Origin: Diplonema japonicum | Lineage: Eukaryota; Protista; Euglenozoa: Diplonemea | Assembly (NCBI GenBank): GCA_964019335.1 | Contig: OZ025694.1 | Location: 124,001 to 188,000, forward strand | DNA length: 64,000 nucleotides | Direction: 5' to 3' | In this document: in pieces, positions 42,202 to 53,814 of the stretch | Position numbering within the stretch: the stretch's first letter is position 1 | Layout: each line of letters opens with the position of its first letter | Made by a program: the position numbers and the translations under genes | The notes under the pieces: generated by a model | The model's input: the letters and a program-made list of their open reading frames with translations, nothing else | Databases searched by the model: none | What the model was told of the DNA's origin: nothing

Positions 42202-43620
42202 ATGGAAACTTTCGTCCAAGCAAAGCCATGGAACCGCCGGACCACAGAGGGTTATATGGAGGCCAAGCTTCGCAAGACATTGGAGATCCAGAAGGAAAGG
42301 ATCACAGATGACAAGACAAGCCTGCGAAACCTCAATGAGAGAGACGAGAGAACACGAAGAAACCAGAGAAGGAAAGCAGTGAAATACCCAAAGGAGGTCA
42401 CCATAGGGAAAAATACCTACTACAAAACTGATGAAGTGTTCCACGAAGATCTACCAGTGTGGGTAGGCCCCCGCCATGAGGACGAGGGGGGCGTGGTGTA
42501 CTCCGAGCAGGGGAAATGGTGCGTAGGCGAGTCAGAAAAAATACTGACGGACGGGCATATCGTGAAGAGCAAATCGAGAAAAACGTTGAAACCCCATCAC
42601 AACCAACCCCCTCCCGAAGACGGTGCGGAATGGGCTGCTGTTTCAGTAACCGTATCGCATATGGGACGGGAGTACTCTGAATTTCTATTCAACATGTCTG
42701 CAATATCCCCTGCGTGCTCGGTGAACAGTTCCCTTAAAAACTATTCGACAGTTCTCAGCTATCTCTCATCCATGCTCTCAAAAGCGCAAGCTGCCGCCTC
42801 TGCCTTCTATTCAACGCCAACAGACGCAACTGCAAAAGATCTAGCGCCGTTCGCATCAGTATGCCTGTACTTGTCGTCCTACGCATCTGCCGAGCAGGCA
42901 ACAGAACGTGTGTTTTACCCTGTAGAGGGTTCCTCGTTTGATTTTTCACGTACAGCGGTTTCTCGAATGGTCCCGTGCCCTATACTATGCACGAGAGAGA
43001 AGGGTGGCAGCAAGGTTGCGGTGGCTTCGAAGTGGTATCGGGAAATGAGTGAAAGTGAGCTTGTGATGGTGCCTGCTATGGTGTTGTCACGGAATGGCGT
43101 GGTGAGGTGTAAACGGCCTCTCGGATCCGTTTCGGGAAGCAGGGTGGCGCACCCTTGCATGAAGCCGACGGGAACTGGCGTTGAAAAGATTGTTTTTGTG
43201 ATAGAGATTGGGTCGCCTCTCGACTTATTCTTGTTGCAGACGTCCGTTCTGCAGCTTCCCGGTGTCGGTGTTGGGTTCAACGTAGTTTTGTTCACGCGGT
43301 TGATGTGTGCCTCGGTCTGGGCAGGGTTTGCACCACCCGACACCGTCTTGACGCTGACATCCCTCGCCCCCTACTCTGAATCTTCTACTTCTGAACGGTC
43401 GCTTCATTCTGCCCTCCGCTACGCGGCGGCCATGGGTCCCGACTGCGTCATGGTGTCCATCCTCACGGTGCCTGAACCGACCGAAGATTTTCTCCCCACA
43501 CTCCGCAGCCTAGTCGAGTCAGGTGTTGAGTGCGGTTGGTACCAACCGGAATCGATAGAGATGGAGATGGAGTCCAACAGTTTTTGTGTCTCTGATGTGT
43601 GTTCTGTGTATACATTTTAG
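42202..43620 (+). CDS. Hypothetical protein (possible degenerate vWA-like C-terminus)
   Basis: ~470-aa ORF with coding-like composition; IVFVIEIGS / FNVVLF strand pattern. Confidence 0.55.
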   Translation: METFVQAKPWNRRTTEGYMEAKLRKTLEIQKERITDDKTSLRNLNERDERTRRNQRRKAVKYPKEVTIGKNTYYKTDEVFHEDLPVWVGPRHEDEGGVVYSEQGKWCVGESEKILTDGHIVKSKSRKTLKPHHNQPPPEDGAEWAAVSVTVSHMGREYSEFLFNMSAISPACSVNSSLKNYSTVLSYLSSMLSKAQAAASAFYSTPTDATAKDLAPFASVCLYLSSYASAEQATERVFYPVEGSSFDFSRTAVSRMVPCPILCTREKGGSKVAVASKWYREMSESELVMVPAMVLSRNGVVRCKRPLGSVSGSRVAHPCMKPTGTGVEKIVFVIEIGSPLDLFLLQTSVLQLPGVGVGFNVVLFTRLMCASVWAGFAPPDTVLTLTSLAPYSESSTSERSLHSALRYAAAMGPDCVMVSILTVPEPTEDFLPTLRSLVESGVECGWYQPESIEMEMESNSFCVSDVCSVYTF

Positions 43621-43744
43621 TTTTTTTTTTATTATTTTTTTTTTTTTTTTTCGCCCGAGGAAAAAAACCTGAATTATATCGAAGGTTTTTTTTTTTTTTT
43701 TTTTTTTTCTCTTTTTTTTCCCTAAAAAAAAAGGAGGGAAAAAA

Positions 43745-45436
43745 ATGGGAAATTGCAGCTCCGATGAAAAGCAAAGCAAGCAGGCCGCGCAAATGAGGGC
43801 GCTGGAGGCAAGGCGGGTGCCCGGTAAGAAGAGACAGCAAATGGGCCCTGCTAACGGGGTATTATCTGCAAGAAGCAGCTCACCAGGCAAGAGGATGGGT
43901 AAGTCCCCCGCAGAGCGCAGCAGGCGCATGACGCTGCAGCCCCCACAACTAACAGGAATCACCGCGTTAAACAGAAAGACGTCTAAGGTACAGGACAACA
44001 GGTCGCCGCCCCTTACCGTGCTGTCCTTGGAAACCCCGAGATTCGACGACCTACTAAGCGAGGAGGCTGCTATTCTGTCAAATCTCAGCAGTCCACCCGC
44101 CGACACCGCACTGATGAAAACACAGAAAGAATCCGTTTTCGCAGATTGGAACGAATTCCACTGGCCGTGGGTATGGGAACTCGCAGAACCCCCGAATCCA
44201 TACAAGTCAACCACTGACGACTACAAATCGTTCTTGAAAACCTTCAGAATACTAACGGCAAGCGAGGTTCAAGCCCACGAAGCATGGAAGACATCGGACC
44301 TCGACGAAGCTAAAAGGATCCTGGACGCGGAGGACAACAATGAAGTAGATGTTCTGAGCTGCACTGTGCTGTCTGATGGTTCCTCAACGTTGGGGACACC
44401 ACTGTCAGAAAACCTAATGAGCACGTATCAAGGGAACAAGGTCATCGTGTACAAGAAGCACGACGACGTTCTCAACGAGAGGGTGGAGGACCCCTCCGAC
44501 TACTGCATGACACCGTACGTAAAAAACTCAGAGCAGACAGAGGTCATCACCCGCTCCCTTTCAAAATGCCCGTTGTTTTCCCACCTTATACGTCCTGTTG
44601 AGATACAACAAATCGCATTGGCCATGCGCCCGGTGTCCTTCCGTAAAGGCGAGGAAGTACTCCGCAGAGGCTGTTTGCCCAGGGCAACCACCACCGTTGG
44701 CCTCTTCGTCGTGTATAACGGACGGCTAACCATCGATGATATGTATGACATCGTCAGAGGAAAGATTTACGGTGGATACCTAGCTACAGGTGTCGCAGGG
44801 CAGGTTCGTGGAAAGCACAATGTGACAGCAGCAACGGATGTTGATGCATTTGTGTTGGAGAACAATGTTTTTTCCGGTGTGATGGGTGCGCTGGCGTATC
44901 AAAAGAGAAATCTTTACGCATCGTGGCTGGACAGGCTTCCGTTGCTCAAAAACCTCAGCGGGATGCAGCTTCTTCAGCTGTCCGATGCCTTAGAGGAACA
45001 CATATATCGTCAGGGGGAGAAAATCATTTCCTTCGGTACGAAAGGCGAATGGATGCATTTCATAGTAGAGGGCGAAGTCGACGTATGGGGCAGAGACGAA
45101 CGGGACCATGTACTAATTCCAGGGCTTCGAAAATATGTGTGCACCTTTGGGCCAGGACACCCTGTTGGTTACCTTGAGTTCTTCGATAGCGATGTGTCCT
45201 CCCGCACCATCGCTGATGTGGAAGCACGTTCTGCTACTGTTATAACAGCCCGGCTGAGCAGGGACCATTTTGAGGCGAGCATGGGGCCCGTTAAGGATAT
45301 CCTACAAGAACTCACGGAAGCTCCTGAATACGCTTACTACAGGAAGACCCAGGCTCAGCGTAAAATGCCTCCCCGTTCCCCTTCACCTGAGCTGCTCAAT
45401 TTGGAAGATGTGTTAGATGAGTTTGAAGATGACTAG
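43745..45436 (+). CDS. PKA regulatory-subunit-like protein with two cNMP-binding folds and an N-acylation motif
   Basis: MGNCSS start; CPLFSHL, LQLSDAL, GEWMHFIVEGEVDVWGRD, VGYLEF...IADVEA. Confidence 0.82.
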   Translation: MGNCSSDEKQSKQAAQMRALEARRVPGKKRQQMGPANGVLSARSSSPGKRMGKSPAERSRRMTLQPPQLTGITALNRKTSKVQDNRSPPLTVLSLETPRFDDLLSEEAAILSNLSSPPADTALMKTQKESVFADWNEFHWPWVWELAEPPNPYKSTTDDYKSFLKTFRILTASEVQAHEAWKTSDLDEAKRILDAEDNNEVDVLSCTVLSDGSSTLGTPLSENLMSTYQGNKVIVYKKHDDVLNERVEDPSDYCMTPYVKNSEQTEVITRSLSKCPLFSHLIRPVEIQQIALAMRPVSFRKGEEVLRRGCLPRATTTVGLFVVYNGRLTIDDMYDIVRGKIYGGYLATGVAGQVRGKHNVTAATDVDAFVLENNVFSGVMGALAYQKRNLYASWLDRLPLLKNLSGMQLLQLSDALEEHIYRQGEKIISFGTKGEWMHFIVEGEVDVWGRDERDHVLIPGLRKYVCTFGPGHPVGYLEFFDSDVSSRTIADVEARSATVITARLSRDHFEASMGPVKDILQELTEAPEYAYYRKTQAQRKMPPRSPSPELLNLEDVLDEFEDD

Positions 45437-46488
45437 TAGGAAGGGTGGTGGTGGTGAAGGGGAGGTAAAGCTCTGTCAAAGCCATTCCTTTTATGAGAAA
45501 AAAACTGCTATTTAGACTCACCAAGGTGCCCCCCCCCCCCCCCCCCCCCCAAGTTTCAGAAAAATCCAGCAGTCCATCACCAACCCTTCAGATGGGCCTG
45601 TACGTGGTCGTGTGCACAATCAGTGACCTAGTGGCTTGTTCGTAAAGAAGATCGCCGACTGGAACCACGGCTTCCTTTCGAGGCTTACCTTTTTTAAGTT
45701 TTAGCATAGTAGTTTCTGAATATTTAGGCTCCTGGATTTACCACTTGCGGTACCGTGGTAGTCACGGACAGGGTTTACCTGAGATCCTGCCGAACTGCCT
45801 TGAGGCACTAGGGGGCGGACTATGGGCATTTCTAAAACTTAAGGGTCTAGTTAGCATTCCACCCAAAAAAAAAAAAAAAAAAAAAAAAAAAAGGAAAAAA
45901 AAAAAAGGTACAGCTGGCAGATGTGTATGTCTTTTTTTCGTCTTTTTCGTTCCCCCCAAAAAAAAACGAAATCTTTTTTTATCCCGCTTTTAATTACTTT
46001 TGCTGGAGGAGCAAGTACTTTGTTCCACCGTTTTTTTTTTCTTTTTTTTTTTCTCTTTTTTTCTTTCCTTCTTTTTTTTTTCTTCTAGGCACAAGCCGCC
46101 TCTATCCCCTCCACAAAACAAACAAAAAAAATACAAGCCCCTCCTTTCCAGGAGAGCCTAATTTCTATTTTCCTTTCTCGTTTTCTTTTTTAGGGAAAAA
46201 AAAGAAGAAGAAAGAAAAAAAGAAACGTGCCCGCTTTGTTCGCTGCCTCTTGCACGAACTTTTGGCGCATCGACAACCTCCACACACACACTGCAACGCC
46301 TTCAATTTTTATTGTACTGCTATTTCTTTTCCCCCCCCCCCTCTCCCCCCCCCCTTTTTTTTTTCTCTTTTTCCACCTCTCTCTCTCCCTCCCTCATTTT
46401 TCGTTTTTTTTTTTTTTTTTTTTTGTGTACCACCAGAAAGCAAAAACAGAGGGAGCGGGGGGAGGGAAAAAATAAAAAAAATAAGAAA

Positions 46489-46812
46489 ATGTCAGCAGTA
46501 ACAAGACTGTGTTTGGCAGTATCGATAATCGTTGCCTTCGGCTGCTCCCTGCAATACTACTTAGGGCTGGATTTTTCGGACGACGCGTGCTGGGCCGGCG
46601 GGGCCCCGTGCAGACAGGCAATTGGAGCGCTCCTCCGCGTAGGCCTCACATATGCAGCGTGCTGCGTATCACCCTACACCATTTTACTCCTACTAGGATC
46701 CCAAGTATTCAACACCACCACCGACGCCATTCTAGGCGTAGCGGGTATCGCCACAGGGCTCGCCATATGGTGGGCTACAACTAGAAACTGCGAGAAGGTT
46801 AAAATAAATTGA
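46489..46812 (+). CDS. Small multi-pass membrane protein (~107 aa)
   Basis: ATG after an A-tract; 3-4 hydrophobic segments. Confidence 0.6.
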   Translation: MSAVTRLCLAVSIIVAFGCSLQYYLGLDFSDDACWAGGAPCRQAIGALLRVGLTYAACCVSPYTILLLLGSQVFNTTTDAILGVAGIATGLAIWWATTRNCEKVKIN

Positions 46813-46953
46813 GTTTCTTCTTCTTTTTTTTTTAATTTTTTTTTTTTATAGAAAACGATATATTTTCCATTACCGAAACACAGGATGTTAACGGGCTCCG
46901 AAAGGCCAAACTTCAGACAGTCCGTGCCAGCACAATCGGAAGAGAAAAAAAAA

Positions 46954-48204
46954 ATGGGGATTCTAAACATGTTCGAGGGCAAGTTCGGCGACATCGACCA
47001 TGTTTTCGCCTTTCAAACAGGCAAGGTAGTCGTCCTCAAGGACAGAGTCCTCGGTCTTCTCGCCATCGGACTTAAAATCTCCATTGTCATATACCTTATC
47101 ATCACCGTGATCCTTAACAAAGGATATCTCATCATAGAACAACCAAGAGGCACGTCTCGCATGACGCTGGAAATGGCTTCTTGGGACGATGTACGCGCGG
47201 AAACAAATTTATCGTATTGCACAAATCCGATCTCGGGGGGGCCGAACGCTAATGTTGACAGGAGTGTGATCGACTGCTCGTACCTTGACACGGATTCGGT
47301 CGTTCTACCATCGCTTGGGAATCAGTTCTTCGTTTCAACAAGAATGAAGTTTTCAACGTTGAATTACAACGGGTGCGCCGGCGGGCAGTACGGCGCGAAC
47401 TTATCTTGCATCGAGGCCAATCTGTTTCCTTCAGAATCTGAAAAAAAAGCAACGTTTGTAGCGGGAATCGAAGCAGCGACATTGTTCATCGGCCACACCA
47501 TTGAAGGCCGCGGTGAAGTTGAAGTGGAAAAACAACTCACAGAAATGTCCGGGGAGGTGTTGGATTGCAACGGCAACACCGTGAAAAAAATGCCGAAAAA
47601 AGACCCTAAAATGTCAAATTTCGACGATCTCCGAGCGAACCGAATTTTCAAAATCGGTGATTTGTTGAAATGGGCTCGCCCGGGCATGCATAAGTCTTGT
47701 GGGGATGGGGTGATCCTCGACAAGAAGTCAAATCTCGATCCAAGCCAGCCTAATGCGACACTAAGGTACGATGGCATTGTGCTGCATGTTGTTCTTGATT
47801 ATGACAATACCGGTGGGAGCTCTCAGGATGAAGTTGATTACACAATGAAGCTTACTGCTGTGTTGACCTCCGACCCCAAATACGTTACGCTGGATGCTAT
47901 GGCCGATCGCCCTGGTGAGAAAATGAAGATTAACCGCCATGGTGTTCACATTATCGTTGTCCAGACTGGTAAGCTCGGGAAATTTTCCTTTTCCGCGCTT
48001 GTCATCTCCGGTACCGCCGGTCTTGGACTTCTTGCCATTGCTACCACCATAACAGACCTTCTCGCGAAGTTTGTCATGCCGCTGAAGGAGGAATACAGAA
48101 AGATGATTTTTGAGTACTCGGAGGATTACTCCGATGTGAAGGACAAGAAGGAAGCCGAGCTGCAGATGGGGCTTGTGAACAATGAACAGGAAGGGAAAAT
48201 ATGA
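46954..48204 (+). CDS. P2X receptor family (ATP-gated cation channel-like)
   Basis: FQTGKVVVLKDRVLG (YxTxK-like), TM1 followed by KGY, Cys-containing ectodomain, GVHIIVVQTGKLGKFS, TM2, and EYRKMIFE tail. Confidence 0.88.
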   Translation: MGILNMFEGKFGDIDHVFAFQTGKVVVLKDRVLGLLAIGLKISIVIYLIITVILNKGYLIIEQPRGTSRMTLEMASWDDVRAETNLSYCTNPISGGPNANVDRSVIDCSYLDTDSVVLPSLGNQFFVSTRMKFSTLNYNGCAGGQYGANLSCIEANLFPSESEKKATFVAGIEAATLFIGHTIEGRGEVEVEKQLTEMSGEVLDCNGNTVKKMPKKDPKMSNFDDLRANRIFKIGDLLKWARPGMHKSCGDGVILDKKSNLDPSQPNATLRYDGIVLHVVLDYDNTGGSSQDEVDYTMKLTAVLTSDPKYVTLDAMADRPGEKMKINRHGVHIIVVQTGKLGKFSFSALVISGTAGLGLLAIATTITDLLAKFVMPLKEEYRKMIFEYSEDYSDVKDKKEAELQMGLVNNEQEGKI

Positions 48205-48253
48205 GGGGGAGGGGAGGAAAAAAAATCTCTCTTTTTTTTTGATGTATTCGCTT

Positions 48254-48295
<42 letters not shown>

Positions 48296-49583
48296 TGTAA
48301 TGTTACCCCCATTTCCCCCAATTTTTTTTTTTTTTATATTTTATCTTCGCTCTTTTTTTTTTTTTTCTTTTTTTTTTTTTTTTTGCAAGAACGAGTCTTT
48401 GACTTGTCTAAACAAAAAGGGGAACGTTGGCAACGTGTTTCGGGTTGACAAACTTCTCCAGGTTTTACCCGGGCACATACAAACAACGGCTAGTTCCTCT
48501 TTTCTCTTTTTTTTTTTTTATTATTATTACCTTACGAGTTGTACTTAGTTATTTGTGTTGAGACGGGGGGGGGGGGGGGGGAGAAAGAAAAAAGCAAGCA
48601 TATTTTTGTGACTATTTTATTTGTATTGTGTTGACCGTTCAGAAAGAAATATGGGATCGGGTGTGGGTTGCCACTATTTTTATTTACCCCCCCCCTTTTG
48701 CGTGGATGAAAATGCAAAAGAAAGATTTTCCGAAAAGAAAAAAAAAAGAATAATTGTTACAATGGAATGATAAAAGGGAAAAAAATGCGGGGGGGGGGGG
48801 GGGATTCCTTTTGTTTTTTTTTCTGTTCTTGCTTTGTTTTTTGTTTTTGTTTTTGTTTTTTTTTTCCCCCTTATCCTCCCAAAAACTTATAAAAGAAAAT
48901 TGGCACACACCAGCCTCAACAGTAGCCACCGTGACTTAAGTTTCTCTTTGGTTCTTTTTCCTTTTTTTTTCCCCCCTTCTTTTTTTCTTTCTATCTAGGA
49001 CAATCAGGCCAAAAAAGCCGAAAAATACTGACTTTCCGTGATGGGTGAATGCGAGTCGGTTTCGGCACAGTGGTATAGAACGGGGGGAAAAAAAGGAGGG
49101 AGAAAAAAAAATTCCCCCCCCTTTTTTTTTTGTCCCTTTATCTTTTCATTTTTTTTTTGTTTTGTTTTCCATTTCTCTCACCCTTTCTCCCCAAAGCATA
49201 TTTAAAAAAAAAAAAAAAAAAAAAAAACACACCCACCGTGACTTAAGTTTCTCTTTGGTTTTCTTTCTTTTTTATTTCTTCTTTTTTTTCTTCTTTTATT
49301 CTTCTTTTATTCTTCTTCTTTTCCATTCCACACAGGGCAAGGGGCCAGGCAAAGCCGGGTGGTCATCATTGGCAAAAAATAACTTTGCTTTAAAAAAAAA
49401 AAAAAAATAGTCTAAAATGTCTAAAGAAATGCTGACTTTCGTGATGGGTACGAGGCGGTTTCAATACAGTGGTATGGAAAAAAAAAGGGGGGGGGGAGAG
49501 GAAGAAAAAAGCACACACACACACACACACACATAGGGTACCCTGATAAGCGAGAACAAAACTTCTTCGAGATGTACTATAAA

Positions 49584-51494
49584 ATGGGGGGCAAGAAAGC
49601 GGGAGCAACGGTTTGTGTTTTCTTTGGGGACCACCGTCTTTTTCCCCCCCCCTTTTTTTTTTTTAATCTTTTTTCCTTACAGTCGGACGACGTATTCGAA
49701 TGTTATACTCAAAATTTCCCAGAAGGCGAAAGACAAAAAGAGGTAAAAAGAAAAATTCAAAAAAAAAAAAATATATATATATATCATTTTTCCCAGGACC
49801 TTTTCAGCGAATACGAGAAAGAGGTGGACAAGCAAGCGAAGAAAAACAAGGACAAGAAAGAGAAAAAAGACAAGAAGGAGAAAACAATTGTCAACGACGA
49901 CCCGTCCGGTTCAGCCGAGGAGAAAAAGGAAAAGAAGGAGAAAAAAGAGAAGAAGGAGAAGAAAGAAAAAAAGGAGAAGTCCGACGACAAGGAGCGTAAA
50001 AGGCGTGAAAAAGAGGAAGAGGAACGGCTCGAAAAGGAGAAGGAGAGGGCAAAACTCAAAAAGGAAAGAGAGGAAAGGGAAAGAGAAGAGGAGCTCGCAG
50101 AGTACAGAGCAATCAGAAAACGAGAGAACGCAGAAGTCAACGCCATTGTAGAGGCAGTATGCGGACAGAACAAAGAACAGGAGAAGAAGGAACAACAAGC
50201 GCAGCAAGTCGTTCAACGAACTCCATCGGTAGCTAACGTTCAAATCAAAATCAGATTCGAGGGAACAGACGCTCAAAAAATGATCCTCCTCCCGAGAATG
50301 GCTACAAACGAGGACCTCATGTCCGAGGTTAAGAAGAAGTACACTACCTACCTCCCTGATGAATCTGTGATATGGTATGAGGATGAAGATGGAGACCGTA
50401 TCGAAGTCGACGATGACTGCTCTGTGGACATCTTCCTCACATCCGTTCCCGACGGTAAAAAAGGCAAACTCATCGTGTCCAAAAAAGTCGAGGAAAAACC
50501 GGATCTCAAACCGGAAAACCCCACGTCCGAGGTCATTCCCCCAATGTCTGAAGTAGCCAACCCAAAAATGAACAATGTTGAATACGACAATTGCGAGGCG
50601 CTTCCCAAAGCGGAATGTCTTAAAACCTGCACGGAGCACCACACAGCTGTCTACTGCTGTTCGTTCAATTCAACAGGCAACCTCTTCTGTTCGTCCTCGC
50701 GGGATAAATGCGTGAAGATCCACAATCTTGAAACGGGGAAGTGTGTTCACAATCTTAAAGGCCATTCCGGTTTGGTCTTATCATGCGATTTCGCTGATAA
50801 GGGCAGCCTCGTCGCGTCCGCCTCCGACGACCGTACAGCCAAAATCTGGCAAGCATCGCACGGCAAAAAACTCGTAACATTGAAAAACCACACAGACAAG
50901 GTATACTCCTGCCGGTTCAACCCGGGAAGCAGCCATCTCGCAACGGCTTCATGTGACAAAACTGTCAGAATATGGAATGTCGATACTGGTAAGCTGACAA
51001 ACACCCTTGACAAGCACAGCCTTGCTGTTTTCTCCTGCGCTTTCAACAAAGAGGGAAACCTTCTTGCAACCGCCTCCGACGACAAAACAATCAAGCTGTG
51101 GGACTGGCGGAACGGGACAGAGATCGCGACCTTAGAAGGACACAACTCCACGATTTGGAGCGTTAACTTCTCAGACGATGGTACGCAGCTTGTCTCTGGT
51201 TCAATGATGAACGAGATTAAGATCTGGGACGTTGCGAAAAGAGAGGTCACAAAATCCTTAACATCGAAGCAGCCAGTCCACAGTGTCCGCTTCATTAGAG
51301 GCGGAAAACAATTCGTGTCGGTCGGCCGTGACTACGCCCTTTCTATTTGGAATACAGGCAGCCAGTCCCTTCAGTCTTACACCATCGGCCACACAAATAT
51401 TGTGTACCACACTGATTACCACGAGGGAACCGACAGGCTGCTATCAGCGTCGCTTGACTCAAAAGTAAAACTGTGGAAACTTCCGCCTGTGTAA
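49584..51494 (+). CDS. Charged coiled coil + PB1 domain + 7xWD40 protein (probable introns 49611-49682, 49743-49796)
   Basis: OPCA motif YEDEDGDRIEV; canonical GH...WD repeats; AT-rich GT-AG segments; start at 49572 or 49584. Confidence 0.85.
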   Translation: MGGKKAGATVCVFFGDHRLFPPPFFFFNLFSLQSDDVFECYTQNFPEGERQKEVKRKIQKKKNIYIYHFSQDLFSEYEKEVDKQAKKNKDKKEKKDKKEKTIVNDDPSGSAEEKKEKKEKKEKKEKKEKKEKSDDKERKRREKEEEERLEKEKERAKLKKEREEREREEELAEYRAIRKRENAEVNAIVEAVCGQNKEQEKKEQQAQQVVQRTPSVANVQIKIRFEGTDAQKMILLPRMATNEDLMSEVKKKYTTYLPDESVIWYEDEDGDRIEVDDDCSVDIFLTSVPDGKKGKLIVSKKVEEKPDLKPENPTSEVIPPMSEVANPKMNNVEYDNCEALPKAECLKTCTEHHTAVYCCSFNSTGNLFCSSSRDKCVKIHNLETGKCVHNLKGHSGLVLSCDFADKGSLVASASDDRTAKIWQASHGKKLVTLKNHTDKVYSCRFNPGSSHLATASCDKTVRIWNVDTGKLTNTLDKHSLAVFSCAFNKEGNLLATASDDKTIKLWDWRNGTEIATLEGHNSTIWSVNFSDDGTQLVSGSMMNEIKIWDVAKREVTKSLTSKQPVHSVRFIRGGKQFVSVGRDYALSIWNTGSQSLQSYTIGHTNIVYHTDYHEGTDRLLSASLDSKVKLWKLPPV

Positions 51495-51849
51495 AAAAAA
51501 AAAAAAAAAAAAGGAAAAAAAATTTTTTTAAAGGGGGGATTTTTTTTTTTATAGAGAAAGAAAAAGTTGAGGAGGCCTGTGTTGCCCATTTTTTGTACCT
51601 GGGGGGGGGGGGGGGGGGAAGGGGGGGCAGTTTCACCTTTTCGTCATGCAATTCTTTTTTTTTTTCAAAGGATGCATATGTGTAATTTTAAAAACATGGG
51701 GAGCTTTTGTATTTTGATAATTACACAAAAAAAATGAGGGGGGGGGCCCCCCTTGTGATGATGAATCTTTCCTAAACTTTTTTGTTTTTGTTTTTCTTCC
51801 CCCCCTTTTTTTTTCTCCCCCTTTATAATTCTTTTTTTTCTTATTCACT

Positions 51850-51880
<31 letters not shown>

Positions 51881-52455
51881 GTGTGTGTTTTTTTTTTTTT
51901 TTTTTATGCATGGAGAAAAGACCAAAAGCATAGCGCGGGAAAAAGAGAAAAAATGGTAGGGGGGAAACCCAACAATAGATTTGTTTAAAGATCATCTTAT
52001 TCTTTCTTTTTACATAAAAAGCACGAGTGTATAAATGTTTTTTTTTTATTTTTCTTTTTTTTTTTTTCATAACTCAGAACCTTATGTGTGTCACGCGATT
52101 AGGCAAGGGAAAGGTGGTCATTCCATTTATTTGCCTTTTCTCCCCCCCCCCTTTTTTTTTTATAGCTCTTCTTCTTCTCAGAAAGAAACTTTTTTTTTTT
52201 TTACATTTTCTTTGGGGGAATGAAATCAATAATTTCACTTCAAACCAGTATCACCGCAACTAACAGCAACCAAAACCAGGAGACGCCCCTTAGGATTTCC
52301 TTTTTTTCTTATTATTCTTTTTCCCTTAAACAGGGCGCCACCCACGTTGGCCGTCCTTTATCTCTTATACAAAACTTTTTCTTCCAATTTTGGTGGGGGC
52401 CATATTTGCTAACTTTTCTCCATCAGCAAAACAAAACAAAACGGGGAAAAAAATG

Positions 52456-52492
<37 letters not shown>

Positions 52493-52860
52493 TTATTCAC
52501 GAATATTATTCAATAATGATTTTCTTTTTTATTTTTAACCACTCGGGTGAATTAAAAATAATATTCATGAGTGGCAGAAAGATCTTTTTTTTTTTTTTTT
52601 TTTTCCCGTCGGAGGCTTATTCATTGAAACGTGAAAAATGTGGTTTTGCATTTACTTCAACAATTTCTTATTTCATTCTGATATTCTGTAGTGTTCACCC
52701 CACTTAGAACCTTGCTAGAAATTTGAAAAGTATCACCCCCACAGTTTACTGGCCCAGCTCGACACCGACTGAGGAACGCGCTGCTTGCCTGCTGTGAGCA
52801 AATTGAAATTTTCTAGAGTTGAGTGAAAAGTAAAAATTGAGAGAAGTAAACATAGAAAAG

Positions 52861-52892
<32 letters not shown>

Positions 52893-53617
52893 ACGGAATC
52901 GCGGCAGCATTTTTTATTATCTTTCTTCTTCACCTTCTTTTACCATGACGAAAAAAAAAAAAAAAAAACTTTTTTCGTCATTTTTCTAAATGCCCGCGCC
53001 TATGTGATTCCTCCCATCTCCTTACTCCCCCCCTCCCCCCCCTCCCACTTTTGCATTTCTTTCCTTTGTCCTGAACACAGAGGCGTAGACCAAAGGCGAT
53101 ACCCTTTTTTTTTTCCATTCTAATTAGACACACTTGGTACAGGGAAGAAGATACTAAAAATCATTATTTTTTTTATTTTTTCTCTTTTTTTTTTTTTGGG
53201 TGGGGAGATGGTTCTCAAGTGGGATTTACCCTTTTTAAGCATCGCCTTTTCTGTTGTTGAAAACCGAAATAAGGAGAAACATAAACAAAAAAGAAAATAT
53301 GAAGAAAGAGTGAAGAATAGAAATAACAGGGGGGGGGGGGGGGGGGTAAGGAAAACTGCGCCTGTGTAAGGGGCTTTGTAAGTAAATAAAGGGGAGTAGT
53401 GGTGGGGGCTCCCTTTTCCCTCTTTTATTCATGTCAATTTTCCTTTTTTTTTTAAAGCCTTTTTTAAATACCCCCCATGGATTTTCATTCCACTGATTCT
53501 TTGCTCCCCATTCTCCCCCCCCCCCCCCCCCCCATTCTTATAATGAGATTTATTTGCTTCCCATTTTTCACAACAAAGCTGCCCGGGCCAGTTAAGCCCC
53601 CCCCCCCCCCCCCCCCC

Positions 53618-53814
53618 CAGGGCTATGCTGGCATGGAAACGCGTTTCCATGCATTTTTTGAAAAAAAGGGAAACGGATACGGATACGGAAACGGAAACGG
53701 AAACGTTTCCTTATGTTTCCTTAAGAGGGAAACGCGTTTCCATAAGAATTTTGAAAAGTATGGAAACGGAACGGAAACGGAAACGTTTCCGCGTTTCCTG
53801 CCAGCATAGCCCTA
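53618..53814. mobile_element. hAT-like MITE with GGAAACG subterminal repeats
   Basis: CAGGGCTATGCTGGCA...TGCCAGCATAGCCCTA TIRs; multiple AAACGG motifs. Confidence 0.75.

Noticed and set aside
51500-53600. Numerous F/K/P/G-rich ORFs in intergenic DNA (here and throughout)
   Set aside because: Artefacts of poly-T/A/C/G tracts
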